A stretch of 64,000 bases of DNA from Candidatus Omnitrophota bacterium. GTDB taxonomy: Bacteria > Omnitrophota > Omnitrophia > Omnitrophales > Aquincolibacteriaceae. A model generated the notes under the pieces. That model had not been told where the DNA came from and ran no database searches. It worked only from the letters and a program-made list of their open reading frames with translations. The stretch covers positions 799 to 64,798 of the forward strand of contig JAFGHI010000063.1 in assembly GCA_016930235.1 (NCBI GenBank), given 5' to 3'. Positions 29,506 through 39,414 of the stretch are shown piece after piece. A program made the translations under genes and the position numbers. Each line of letters begins with the position of its first letter. Position 1 is the stretch's first letter.

Positions 29506-30609
29506 TTGGAATATCCTATGGGGAAAAAGAAAATTCTTGTTGCAATGAGTGGGGGGGTCGACAGCTCTGTCACCGCAGCGTTGCTTAAATACGATGGACA
29601 CGAAGTGAGCGGCGCGACCATGCGGACTTGGTCACTCGAAAAATGCGCCCTTGGACAAAAACAGGGGTGTTGCGGTATCGGCGGCGTTCAAGACGCTAGA
29701 GAAGTTGCTGACCGATTGGGCATTTCTCATTGGGTTTTCAATTTTGAGGATGAATTTAAGAATCAAGTGATGGACGACTTTGCTGAAGAATATCGGGAAG
29801 GAAGAACCCCCAATCCTTGCATTTCTTGTAATGAGCGTATTAAATTCAAACTTTTTCTTACTCGCGCTCGACAATTGGGTTTCGAGGCTATTGCCACAGG
29901 ACATTATGCGCAAGTCGACTATAGTCATCAAAGGCAGTCGTACTTTATTCGCGAGGGACGAGATGCGAGTAAGGATCAGTCCTACGTTTTGTATTCGTTG
30001 GATCAAGAGATTTTAAGCCATTTAGTCCTCCCGATAGGAAAATTTACTAAGAAAGAGATTCGCGCTACGGCCAAGACATGGAATCTCCCAGTTTGGACAA
30101 AGCCGGATTCACAGGAAATTTGCTTTGTCCCGGATCAAGATTATGCAAGATTTTTGATGGAGGAGTATGGGATCGCGTCATCCAAGAAAGGAGTGATCCG
30201 GACGAAAGACGGGAAGGTTGTTGGAGAACATGACGGGTATTTTCGTTTTACACGCGGCCAACGCCGGGGTCTGAGAGTTCCTTTTGGTCAAAGAATCTAT
30301 GTCGTGGAGACAAATCCTGAGACGAATGAGGTCATTGTTGGGACCAAACAGGAGGTTCTGAATCAAGTGTGCCTTGTCTCTCAAGTGAAATGGTTTTTAA
30401 GGCCGGATTTTGACAAAGAGGTCCGCGCTCATGTTAAAATACGGTATTTACATTCGAAAGCCCTTGCATCTTTGAACGATGCGGGAAATGGCTCTGTTCG
30501 GGTAGTCTTTGACAAACCTCAAGAAGCTATCACAAAAGGGCAAAGCGCTGTTTTTTATGAAGACGATCAGGTTATCGGAGGAGGGCGGATTGAGGAATTT
30601 TGGGATTAG
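29506..30609 (+). CDS. mnmA: tRNA-specific 2-thiouridylase MnmA
   Basis: The PP-loop VAMSGGVDSSV and C-terminal MnmA domains are present. Confidence 0.9.
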   Translation: MEYPMGKKKILVAMSGGVDSSVTAALLKYDGHEVSGATMRTWSLEKCALGQKQGCCGIGGVQDAREVADRLGISHWVFNFEDEFKNQVMDDFAEEYREGRTPNPCISCNERIKFKLFLTRARQLGFEAIATGHYAQVDYSHQRQSYFIREGRDASKDQSYVLYSLDQEILSHLVLPIGKFTKKEIRATAKTWNLPVWTKPDSQEICFVPDQDYARFLMEEYGIASSKKGVIRTKDGKVVGEHDGYFRFTRGQRRGLRVPFGQRIYVVETNPETNEVIVGTKQEVLNQVCLVSQVKWFLRPDFDKEVRAHVKIRYLHSKALASLNDAGNGSVRVVFDKPQEAITKGQSAVFYEDDQVIGGGRIEEFWD

Positions 30610-30626
30610 TTCAGTTAAAGGAAATT

Positions 30627-31997
30627 ATGAGATACGGCATATGCCTTGAAGGTAAAAAAGAAGCAAGTTTAATTTCTTGGGCCATTGGGCGAATTTCTCT
30701 TGCCGAGCGGGTTAGAATTCCATTAACCAATAGCTTGCGAGAACGGGTTGAGCCTATGATTGAGATTGGAGAAGATGTTGGACTCGGCCAAAAGATAGCT
30801 GTGCCTGCCTCTGTGGATTCCGTTTCTGTTCATGCCAGCATTTCGGGAAGAATTACGGATATCAGGGACTTTCCTTATCCCTTAGGTGGGATGAGGACGG
30901 CTATAGAGATCACTGCTCATGAGGAAAACAGAAGAGAATTTTATCAACCCATAGAAAGAGAAGATTGGAACAATCTCTCCCGAGAAGAGATCCTTAAGAT
31001 TTGTCAGGAATTGGGGCTTGTGGATCTTGTCCCGGAGATGCATCCGCTTCATAAAAAAATTCTCAAAGTCGGAGAAAAGAGTTCATTTTTGATCATCAAT
31101 GCATGCGAGTCGGAACCTTATATTACAACCAATCACGCCTTATTGATGTCTCATCCCGTTGAGGTTTTAAAGGGGGCAGAGATTTTAAGAAAAACATTGG
31201 GCGCTGAGCGTGTTTTGCTGGCATTGGAAGATCATCAATTAGAAGTGGCTGAGCTGATAAAAAGTAAAATTTATTTCTTGAGGTGGAAAAATTACGAAGT
31301 TAAATTATTTCGAGCAAGGTATCCTCAAGGCAACCCGTCAATTTTAGCATCGGATATTTTAAAGGCAAAATTTGAAGGATCCGGAAAGTTTGCGGAGATT
31401 GAGGCGCCTGTTTTTGATGCGGCGACTCTCTATGCTTTATATGAAGCCGTTGTTTATCAAAAACCCTTGATAGAAAGGCCTGTGACGATTGGGGGAGGAT
31501 GTACGGTCGAATCTCGAAATGTATGGCTTCCTATCGGGGCATCGTTCCAAGATGTATTAAGAAAGTGCCGAGGCCTTCTTCGAGAACCCGGGAAGTTATT
31601 AATGGGGGGGCCGATGAGAGGGTTTGCTCAACAGTCTTATGAGGTTCCTGTTCTCAAGGGAACACAAGCGATTCTTGCGCTTCCTCGAGAAGTCGTTAAA
31701 AAGGGGAAAGAAGGCCCATGTATTCGCTGCAACCGCTGTGTGGAAGCCTGTCCGGTTGAGATATCGCCCGTGCTGGTGGCTACAGCATCAGAATTTGGGG
31801 ATTTCGATCTTGCCAGGACTTATGGCGCAGAACAATGTATCGAATGCGGCAACTGCAGTTATATTTGTCCGGCCAAACGCCCCATGTTGGACTGGATACG
31901 CGCGGCAAAGCAGGATGCGATTATCCTTGAAGAGGATTTTGTTGATATCCACCAGAATCAAGAGCAAGATCTATTATCCGGCGCAAAAATCAGGTGA
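30627..31997 (+). CDS. rnfC: Rnf/RnfC-type electron-transport complex subunit C
   Basis: Two ferredoxin-type 4Fe-4S motifs are present (CIRCNRCVEACP and CIECGNCSYICP). The start was chosen at the ATG with the AAAGGA RBS. Confidence 0.8.
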   Translation: MRYGICLEGKKEASLISWAIGRISLAERVRIPLTNSLRERVEPMIEIGEDVGLGQKIAVPASVDSVSVHASISGRITDIRDFPYPLGGMRTAIEITAHEENRREFYQPIEREDWNNLSREEILKICQELGLVDLVPEMHPLHKKILKVGEKSSFLIINACESEPYITTNHALLMSHPVEVLKGAEILRKTLGAERVLLALEDHQLEVAELIKSKIYFLRWKNYEVKLFRARYPQGNPSILASDILKAKFEGSGKFAEIEAPVFDAATLYALYEAVVYQKPLIERPVTIGGGCTVESRNVWLPIGASFQDVLRKCRGLLREPGKLLMGGPMRGFAQQSYEVPVLKGTQAILALPREVVKKGKEGPCIRCNRCVEACPVEISPVLVATASEFGDFDLARTYGAEQCIECGNCSYICPAKRPMLDWIRAAKQDAIILEEDFVDIHQNQEQDLLSGAKIR

Positions 31998-32029
31998 TCA
32001 AACTAGGATATCCTTAAATTCATAGTCGC

Positions 32030-32956
32030 ATGAGAGTAAAAACTCAGTTACCCCCGCATATTTCAGCAAGTTCTTCTGTCCCTCAAATCGTGTGGAAAAT
32101 CGTTGCAGCGCTCTTCCCGCTTATCGGAGTTTCCCTTTGGTTTTATCAGTGGGATGCGGTACGCGTCTTCGCGTTTTCAGTTTTAGGAAGTTTAACGGCA
32201 GAATTTTTATGCACTTTTTTATGGAAAGGGAAACTGACTTTGTATGATGGCAGCACGATTCTGACGTCGCTTTTGCTTGCCTTGATGTTACCGCCCACTC
32301 TTCCGGCTTGGATGATTATTTTAGGAAGTTTTTTTGCTGTGTTCTTCGGGAAGGAAGTTTTTGGGGGTTTGGGGCATATGCCTTTTCACCCAGCGATTGT
32401 CGGGCGAGTTTTCCTGCAAGTGACGTTTCCAGTTTCGATGTCTTTTACGCTTCAACCTTTGGAAGGCTTAAGTCGCCCCGCTCCCTTTCTATGGATGAAG
32501 GAGGAAATTTATTTAAATATGCCGCCTTTGCCGGGTTTACTCTTGGGGAATTATCCGGGGACATTAGGAGAAACATGTATCGTTGCCATTTTAGTTGGCG
32601 GTTTGATTCTCTTTTGGCAGCGGCTTATTTATTGGGAAGTCCCAGTCTTGTTTGTTCTGACAGTTTCTTTGATCTCCTGGGGGATGGGCCTTCATCCTTG
32701 GGAGAGCGTTCTTGTCGGAGGAATTATCTTTGTGGCTTGTTTTATCATTACAGATCCCGTGACAACACCATTAACACGTGAAGGGAACCGTGTTTTTTCG
32801 GTTCTTGCGGGTGTTTTAGTTTGTGTGCTTCGAAAATGGACTTCTTCTCTCGAGGGAATTGGCTTTGCGATTCTGATGGCGAATGCCCTAACGCCATGGT
32901 TGGATCAATGGATAAGACCCCGAGGGACACGTTCGAATGAGCGAGGGAAAAGATAA
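32030..32956 (+). CDS. rnfD: Rnf/Nqr subunit D-type polytopic membrane protein
   Basis: An RnfD/NqrB-like TM core is present (GGLGHMPFHPAIVGRVFLQ). Confidence 0.8.
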   Translation: MRVKTQLPPHISASSSVPQIVWKIVAALFPLIGVSLWFYQWDAVRVFAFSVLGSLTAEFLCTFLWKGKLTLYDGSTILTSLLLALMLPPTLPAWMIILGSFFAVFFGKEVFGGLGHMPFHPAIVGRVFLQVTFPVSMSFTLQPLEGLSRPAPFLWMKEEIYLNMPPLPGLLLGNYPGTLGETCIVAILVGGLILFWQRLIYWEVPVLFVLTVSLISWGMGLHPWESVLVGGIIFVACFIITDPVTTPLTREGNRVFSVLAGVLVCVLRKWTSSLEGIGFAILMANALTPWLDQWIRPRGTRSNERGKR

Positions 32957-32959
32957 AAG

Positions 32960-33646
32960 ATGAAATTTCAACAAAAGCAAGATTCAACAAAACGAGAATT
33001 TTTCTGGAAAGAATTTGCCCGCGCTCTTTTTTTTCTAATTTTTATAGGGGGATTAATCGCAGCAGTTTTATTTTCAAAAACGAAGACAAAAAGGATGGCT
33101 GGGGATAAAAGGCCAGATACCGCCGCTTATCATTTCGAAGAAATTTTACCGCGGTTTGATAACCGACCAAGAGAGACCCCCATTTATTTAGATGGAAAAA
33201 CAATTTATCCTGTTTTCCGATTAGAATCCCAAGAAAAAGTTGTCTTGACGGAAGGGGAAGTGAATGAAACGCGAGTTGTTACAACGATCCGCGAGCTTGT
33301 CGGCATTGCTTTTGAGATCAGCGCAAAAGGGTATCGAGATGATCTCCGGTTGTTTTTAGGACTTGATATGGAGGGGAAAATAACAGGAATTCAATGGTTG
33401 GAAGATCATGAGGCGCCGGCTTTTAGCCACCATATTCAGGGACAGAAGGAGTTCTTTAGTTCATTTCTTGGCATGACGAAAGAGGAATTGTTGAGAAAGG
33501 ATAGGAAGGAAATCATGACGGCCAGTAATCAAGTTGCGATTATAGCAAAAGGAATTGCTCAAGAGTTGTTAGCCTCAATAGATTTCTTCGAAAAGAGAAA
33601 AGAGATGATTGTCGAAAAGGCGTTTCAAGGAGCAAATTTATCGTGA
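32960..33646 (+). CDS. rnfG: RnfG-like FMN-binding-domain subunit (divergent)
   Basis: An N-terminal TM is followed by a KGY...LFLGLDMEGKITGIQWLEDHEAP block that aligns with the RnfG/NqrC core. The canonical S/TGAT flavinylation motif is not evident. Confidence 0.6.
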   Translation: MKFQQKQDSTKREFFWKEFARALFFLIFIGGLIAAVLFSKTKTKRMAGDKRPDTAAYHFEEILPRFDNRPRETPIYLDGKTIYPVFRLESQEKVVLTEGEVNETRVVTTIRELVGIAFEISAKGYRDDLRLFLGLDMEGKITGIQWLEDHEAPAFSHHIQGQKEFFSSFLGMTKEELLRKDRKEIMTASNQVAIIAKGIAQELLASIDFFEKRKEMIVEKAFQGANLS

Positions 33647-34179
33647 AATTTAAAAAGGACAATTTTTTTGCGGTTGTCATCGCGATTTTACCTGTCTTAA
33701 ATGGCGTTCTCAAGGCAGATGAATCCTTGCGCATCGCAATTTTGGTGACAGGAACGTATTGGGGGGGAATTGTTTTTTTTGGCTTATGCCAGAATGGGTT
33801 TCCTCAAAAGCTTTGGCGCCTAGGATTGATAGGATGGCTCGCTGCGTGCGCCCAAATTGCCTATTATCTTCTTGGACAATCGCCCGTTTGGGTCTTAAGC
33901 GTTCTTCTTTTGTTTCCACCCTCATGGTTCTGCTATGTTGGTGAAGAAACTGCCCAGGGGGATTTTAAGGGGTTGGTCTCTCAGGGGGTCACAAGAGGAA
34001 TCGGGTTTTTCATATTAGTATGTTATCTGGGTATTTTTCAGGAAATCTTCAGGGAACGGTTGCTGTTTTGGAGTTTTCAAGGATCGGTTGGAGCTTTTTT
34101 GCTTTTAGCTTCGGTTGCTTTTGTTTGGCAGAATCAACCGAGAAAGGTTAAGACAGAAAAGGAGCATGGGGCAATATGA
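33643..34179 (+). CDS. Small polytopic membrane protein, possibly divergent RnfE/RnfA-type subunit
   Basis: The product has 5-6 predicted TM segments and a partial GLC motif (FFGLCQNG). It is translationally coupled to rnfG. Confidence 0.4.
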   Translation: MKFKKDNFFAVVIAILPVLNGVLKADESLRIAILVTGTYWGGIVFFGLCQNGFPQKLWRLGLIGWLAACAQIAYYLLGQSPVWVLSVLLLFPPSWFCYVGEETAQGDFKGLVSQGVTRGIGFFILVCYLGIFQEIFRERLLFWSFQGSVGAFLLLASVAFVWQNQPRKVKTEKEHGAI

Positions 34180-34697
34180 TCAACGCGTGGATTTTTTTGG
34201 CCGCTTCTCTTGCAACTCTTTATATTTTTGAGGAGCCTTTGGATCAGACGAAGCGGAAAAAGTGGGGGAAAAAGGAGGGAAAATATTTTTTTGCCGAGCA
34301 TGTTGAAATTTTTGCGGCAGTGCTTTTCCTTTTATTCATTAATTTTGTAGGCAAGACAACCGAAACTCCGAGCCCTTATGGGCAAGAGGGGGGCATTCTC
34401 TTTGCGATGCTTTTTGCTTATCTTTATGCGATTTTAAGAAACCGTTCGAGAGGTTTTTTTGTCGCGGTTTTGGTTCTCGCAATGGTTATCCCTTCGGCGT
34501 TGAAGAGCGAAATTTTCCTTACGCAAGCTGTCTTTGCCCTTCTTTGCGTTTTTGGCGTGAGCCTTTTTCGATTTTTTCTCTATGCGCTTGGAATGCGATT
34601 GGAATATTCAAAGATTCCAAGCCCTATGAGTGGGTTGCCTGTTTATTTTGTTACGGTTGCTATTCTTTGTTTGGCTTTGCTTGGGATAGGGCAATGA
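34176..34697 (+). CDS. Small polytopic membrane protein, possibly divergent RnfA/RnfE-type subunit
   Basis: The product has 5-6 predicted TM segments. It is translationally coupled to the preceding gene. Confidence 0.4.
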   Translation: MINAWIFLAASLATLYIFEEPLDQTKRKKWGKKEGKYFFAEHVEIFAAVLFLLFINFVGKTTETPSPYGQEGGILFAMLFAYLYAILRNRSRGFFVAVLVLAMVIPSALKSEIFLTQAVFALLCVFGVSLFRFFLYALGMRLEYSKIPSPMSGLPVYFVTVAILCLALLGIGQ

Positions 34698-34776
34698 GAA
34701 GGAGTGGTATCCTAATGTTTTTATCAAGCGGGCCGTTAAACGATATGTTAAAAAGAGAATTTTAAAAGGGGGCATT

Positions 34777-35850
34777 ATGGCTATCGAGGCAATTTTAAAT
34801 ACTGCGATTGAAAGAGAAGCATCGGATGTACATCTTACCATCGGTCGTCCATGGACAATCCGTGTGGCGGGAGATCTCATTTCTGTTGGCAAAGAATTGC
34901 TGGAACCGGAAGATACGGAAGCTTTCGCTCGCGAGATTACAACAGAAGAGCAAAGAAAAAAAATAGAAGAGGTGGGAGGTATCGATTTTGGCTTTACTTT
35001 TGAAGATAAAGCTCGTTTTCGTGTTTCCTGCTTCAAGCAGCGCGGTACGTATGCGATGACGCTTCGTTTGTTGCCAAGCAAGTTTTATAGTTTTGAAGAT
35101 ATTGGTTTGCCGAAACAGCTTGTGGATTTGATTTCAAGGCCACGAGGACTTATTTTAGTAACAGGGCCAACGGGTAGCGGGAAGACAACAACTTTGGCAA
35201 CGATGTTGAATTACATCAATGAAAACCTTCCAAAACACATTATTACAGCTGAGGATCCTATCGAATTTTTGCATCCGAATAAAAAAGGGATTGTAACGCA
35301 ACGGGAAGTTGGAGCAGATGTTCCGAGCTTTGCTGAGGCGGTGGTTAAAGCGCTACGCCAGGATCCGGATGTCGTTCTTATCGGTGAAATGCGGGATCTT
35401 TCCACAATGGAGGCAGCCATTAGGGCGGCAGAAACAGGACACCTGGTTTTTTCGACGCTTCACACAACGGGAGCAGCGCGTACAGTTGACCGGATTATTG
35501 ATGTCTTTCCCTCTTATCAACAAACGCAGATAAGAATCCAATTGTCCGCAACAATTGCTGCAGTGATTTCCCAAACATTGCTACCCAAATTAGACGGGAA
35601 AGGGCGAATTGCGGCTTTTGAGATCATGTTTGCGACACCCGCTATCCGCAATCTCATACGAGAAGGCAAAACTTATCAGGTGATATCAGAAATCCAGACG
35701 GGGATGCGATACGGTATGAGAGCTCTTGATGATCATTTAAAGGAGATTTATCAACAGGGGGTCATCGGATATGACGTCATGATTGAATCAGCGCAGGACC
35801 CCAAGGATCTTGCTCAGCGGGTAACCAAACCGGCAGCCCCGAAGAAATAG
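34777..35850 (+). CDS. pilT: Type IV pilus retraction ATPase PilT
   Basis: Walker A GPTGSGKTTT is present, together with PilT-type Asp/His boxes and a 357-aa length. Confidence 0.9.
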   Translation: MAIEAILNTAIEREASDVHLTIGRPWTIRVAGDLISVGKELLEPEDTEAFAREITTEEQRKKIEEVGGIDFGFTFEDKARFRVSCFKQRGTYAMTLRLLPSKFYSFEDIGLPKQLVDLISRPRGLILVTGPTGSGKTTTLATMLNYINENLPKHIITAEDPIEFLHPNKKGIVTQREVGADVPSFAEAVVKALRQDPDVVLIGEMRDLSTMEAAIRAAETGHLVFSTLHTTGAARTVDRIIDVFPSYQQTQIRIQLSATIAAVISQTLLPKLDGKGRIAAFEIMFATPAIRNLIREGKTYQVISEIQTGMRYGMRALDDHLKEIYQQGVIGYDVMIESAQDPKDLAQRVTKPAAPKK

Positions 35851-36114
35851 GCGCAACAATAGTGTTTAAAAGGATTTAGACAAAAAAGGGAGATGAGGAA
35901 ATAAGACTTGACCGCCATTTTTGAATTCAGTACACTAATGGCCACTGGGACAAAGACCATTCTTCGACCCACGCGCGTGATCCTAAATACCTAAGAAAAA
36001 TCATTGGAATACAAAGACCGCGAGAAAACTTTCCTTTTAGTTCTGAAATGAATCCTTACTCGAGAGTGCGGTTATGGGTTTGAATATGTTACCGGGCCAG
36101 AACAGTGCCTGCTT

Positions 36115-38802
36115 GTGGGTGAGATGAAATTTTTCATAGTTGACGGTAATTCATTTCTATATCGAGCTTATTATGCAATTCGGCTCCTTTCTACGTCCAA
36201 AGGAGAGCCGACCAACGCCATCTATGGGTTTATTACCATGATGAATAAGCTCATTCAAGAGGGCGCGCCGGAATATTTGGCTATTTGTTTTGATCGTCGG
36301 GAGCCGACGTTCAGGCATGAAAAGTTCAAAGATTATAAAGCGCAGCGTAAGCCAATGCCGGATGATTTAGCCGAACAAATTGAGCCGATCAAAAATTTTT
36401 GCCATGCCTATCGATATGCCATTTTTGAGAAAGCGGGATTTGAGGCAGATGACATTATCGGAACGTTAGCGCGCATGGCAGAGGAAAAGGGTTTTGAGGT
36501 TTATATCGTTACCGGGGATAAGGATGCTATGCAGTTAGTGAATGGCAATGTTAAGATTTTGAACCCGCATAAAGAGGGAGTAGTTTTGGGGGTTGAAGAT
36601 GTCCGGAAGCGTTTAGATGGGATCGGGCCCGAAAGGGTTGTTGATCTTATGGCGCTTATGGGAGACTCCTCCGATAACATTCCGGGAGTTTCGGGGATTG
36701 GCGAAAAGACCGCGATCAAATTAATCCAAAAATTTAATACGGTTGAAAATCTGCTAAAACAGATCGACAAGGTTTCGTCAAAGTCTCAACAAAATCTTTT
36801 GCGAAAGCACGAAAAAGAAGCTTTGCTCTCAAAAGAATTAGCGCAGATCGACGTTCATGTGCCTCTAGAGGTTAGATGGGATGATCTCAAATTAAGCGAG
36901 CCGGATGGCGAGGCCCTTATTTCTCTTTTTAAACGGTATGAGTTTAGGGCCCTCTTGAAAAATGTGAAGGCTGAAGAAAGCAAAGAAGATAAGGATAGAA
37001 ATTATAAGGGGATTGTTAGCGAAAAAGACTTTAAACTTTTTTTGGCGCAGATTGGAAAAGTTAAAGTATTCAGTTTTGATACAGAAACAACAGGCGAAGA
37101 TCCTATGCGAGCAGAACTTGTGGGGATGAGTTTCTCGTGGGAAGCCCGGCAGGCTTTTTATATTCCGGTAAGGACATCGACTCATGGTGGTCCGGGCCTT
37201 CCAAAAGAGACTGTTTTAAAGGCTCTCCAGCCTATCCTCGAGAATGAAAAACAAGGGAAATGCGGGCAGAACATTAAATATGATTGGATTGTGATGAAGC
37301 GAATGGGAATCGAATTGAAAGGGATTGTTTTTGACACAATGATTGCAAGCTACCTTATTAATCCGATCAAGCTTAACCATAACCTTGACGACATCGCTAT
37401 GGAATATTTGGGGATCCGTAAGATTTCAATCGAGTCGCTGATTGGCAGCAAAAAAGAACAAATCAGTATGGCGGATGTGCCTCTCGAAAAAGTTACCGAG
37501 TATGCAGGAGAGGATGCCGATTGTGTTTTTCGGTTAAAATCTATTTTAGAAGAAAAACTAGATGAGCTTGAATTAAAAGAGCTATTTTTGGATGTTGAAA
37601 TACCGTTGTCTCAGGTTCTGGCCAAAATGGAAATGAACGGTGTTTATTTGGATTTGGGGTATCTTCAAGAACTTTCCGAAAGGGCGGGCGATGACCTAAA
37701 AAAACTTACAGCCGCCATTTATCATGCAGCGGGGGAGGAGTTTAATATTAATTCAACGAAACAACTTGCCGATATCCTTTTCACCAAAATGAAATTGCCC
37801 GTCATCAAGCGGACCAAAACAGGTTATTCAACGGATGTAAGCGTTCTCGAAAAATTGTCTTTGAGTTATGAATTGCCGCGTATGATCTTAGAATATCGCG
37901 AGAAGGCAAAATTGAAATCAACCTATCTTGATGCCCTTCCGGAGATGATTCACCCTGAAACAAGGGCGGTTCATACTTCTTACCATCAGACAACAACAGC
38001 AACAGGACGACTTTCGAGTTCCGACCCAAATCTTCAAAATATACCCATCCGTACCGAAGGCGGAAGATTGATCCGGAAAGCTTTTGTTCCGAGACCTGAA
38101 AAGGGTAAAAAAAGAAGGATCCTTTCCGCGGATTATTCTCAAATAGAACTTCGGATTTTAGCACATCTTTCGGGAGATGAAAGTTTAACAGAGGCTTTCC
38201 GAAGAGACAGAGACATTCACAAAGTGACGGCAACGCGTCTCTATGATGTTTCTGAAAATGAAGTGACTCGCCAAATGCGAGATGTTGCGAAAACAATTAA
38301 TTTCAGTGTCATCTACGGAAAGACAGCTTATGGTCTTTCGCAGGATTTGGGTATTTCGGTGTCTGAGGCGGATAGTTTTATTTCTAATTATTTTGAACGG
38401 TATGCAAAGGTTAAAGCCTATCTGGAATCTCAGAAAGACAAAGCCCGCGAACAAGGGTATTTGATAACTCTTTTAGGGAGAAGGTCTTACTTCCCGGACA
38501 TCCATTCCAAAAATGTACAGGTCAGGCAATTTGCCGAACGGGCCGCAATCAATGCGCCGATTCAAGGTTCAGCGGCTGATCTAATCAAGCTGGCGATGAT
38601 TCGTATTGAGAGACGGCTTGAAGCAGAAAAATGTCAAAGTTTGATGATTATGCAGGTTCACGACGAGCTTGTTTTTGATGTGGCGGCGGGTGAGCAAGAT
38701 CAGATAGAAGAGATGGTTCGTGAAGAAATGGAAGGGGCCTATTCGTTGAAAGTGCCTTTAAAGGTTGATATTTTTGTTGGCGATTCATGGTACAAAAATT
38801 AA
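36115..38802 (+). CDS. polA: DNA polymerase I
   Basis: The product has the 5'-nuclease N-terminus, the 3'-5' exo DxE motif (FDTETTG), and the polymerase motifs (QVHDELVFD). Confidence 0.95.
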   Translation: MGEMKFFIVDGNSFLYRAYYAIRLLSTSKGEPTNAIYGFITMMNKLIQEGAPEYLAICFDRREPTFRHEKFKDYKAQRKPMPDDLAEQIEPIKNFCHAYRYAIFEKAGFEADDIIGTLARMAEEKGFEVYIVTGDKDAMQLVNGNVKILNPHKEGVVLGVEDVRKRLDGIGPERVVDLMALMGDSSDNIPGVSGIGEKTAIKLIQKFNTVENLLKQIDKVSSKSQQNLLRKHEKEALLSKELAQIDVHVPLEVRWDDLKLSEPDGEALISLFKRYEFRALLKNVKAEESKEDKDRNYKGIVSEKDFKLFLAQIGKVKVFSFDTETTGEDPMRAELVGMSFSWEARQAFYIPVRTSTHGGPGLPKETVLKALQPILENEKQGKCGQNIKYDWIVMKRMGIELKGIVFDTMIASYLINPIKLNHNLDDIAMEYLGIRKISIESLIGSKKEQISMADVPLEKVTEYAGEDADCVFRLKSILEEKLDELELKELFLDVEIPLSQVLAKMEMNGVYLDLGYLQELSERAGDDLKKLTAAIYHAAGEEFNINSTKQLADILFTKMKLPVIKRTKTGYSTDVSVLEKLSLSYELPRMILEYREKAKLKSTYLDALPEMIHPETRAVHTSYHQTTTATGRLSSSDPNLQNIPIRTEGGRLIRKAFVPRPEKGKKRRILSADYSQIELRILAHLSGDESLTEAFRRDRDIHKVTATRLYDVSENEVTRQMRDVAKTINFSVIYGKTAYGLSQDLGISVSEADSFISNYFERYAKVKAYLESQKDKAREQGYLITLLGRRSYFPDIHSKNVQVRQFAERAAINAPIQGSAADLIKLAMIRIERRLEAEKCQSLMIMQVHDELVFDVAAGEQDQIEEMVREEMEGAYSLKVPLKVDIFVGDSWYKN

Positions 38803-39410
38803 GGAAGAATCTCGGGGATAAAATCTTAGTCGGGATTACTGGGGTCTTCGGAAGCGGCAAGAGTACTGTGGCCGAGATCTTGGGGACGCTTGGGGCATCC
38901 GTGGTGGACGCAGACCTTTTGGCGCACGAGGTTTTTGAAAAAGGGAATCCTCTTTATTCGGTGATTCAGGCAAAATTTTCGGAAGCATTTCAGGAAGGGT
39001 TCAACCGGAAGAAATTAGCCGAGATTGTTTTTTCAGATGAATTACGAAGAAAAGAGCTTGAGGCCGTTATTCATCCTTATGTTTTTAAAAGGATTGAAGA
39101 GGAAATGACGAAAGCAAAGACAAAGGTTGTGGCGGTCGAGGTTCCTTTATTATTTGAAAGCGGTTTTCATGATTGTTGCTGTTTTACCGTTGTGGTGAAA
39201 GCTTCTCAATCTGTGATTCAACAAAGGCTAGAGGAGAAAGGTTTTGCCTTGGAGGACATGCGCGTACGGACACAAGCGCAAATGTCTCTTGAGGAAAAAT
39301 GCAGGAAAGCGGATTTTGTCATTGATAATTCAAAATCAATAGAAGAAACAAGGAGTGAAGTTGAGATAAAGGTTTGGGAAAAACTCCACTCCCTTTTAAA
39401 AGGAGCATAA
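38787..39410 (+). CDS. coaE: Dephospho-CoA kinase
   Basis: The P-loop [12 protein letters not shown] is present. The gene overlaps the polA 3' end by 16 nt. Confidence 0.85.
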   Translation: MVQKLRKNLGDKILVGITGVFGSGKSTVAEILGTLGASVVDADLLAHEVFEKGNPLYSVIQAKFSEAFQEGFNRKKLAEIVFSDELRRKELEAVIHPYVFKRIEEEMTKAKTKVVAVEVPLLFESGFHDCCCFTVVVKASQSVIQQRLEEKGFALEDMRVRTQAQMSLEEKCRKADFVIDNSKSIEETRSEVEIKVWEKLHSLLKGA

Positions 39411-39414
39411 GAAA

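Noticed and set aside
31624-32025. 133-aa alternative-frame ORF within rnfC (and similar 32308-32781 within rnfD)
   Set aside because: These are out-of-frame overlaps with well-supported genes. There is no independent support.
34608-35081. 157-aa minus-strand ORF
   Set aside because: It is antisense to the end of the Rnf-associated membrane gene and the pilT 5' end. Its product is Ser/Arg-rich and low-complexity. It is a shadow ORF.
35851-36114. 264-nt intergenic region upstream of polA examined for tRNA, SRP RNA or 6S RNA
   Set aside because: No tRNA T-loop or acceptor features are present, and no SRP domain IV motif. Only weak direct repeats (ACAAAGACC x2) appear. That is insufficient to call an ncRNA.
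37805-38296. 163-aa minus-strand ORF inside polA
   Set aside because: It is antisense to the strongly conserved polymerase domain, so it is spurious.
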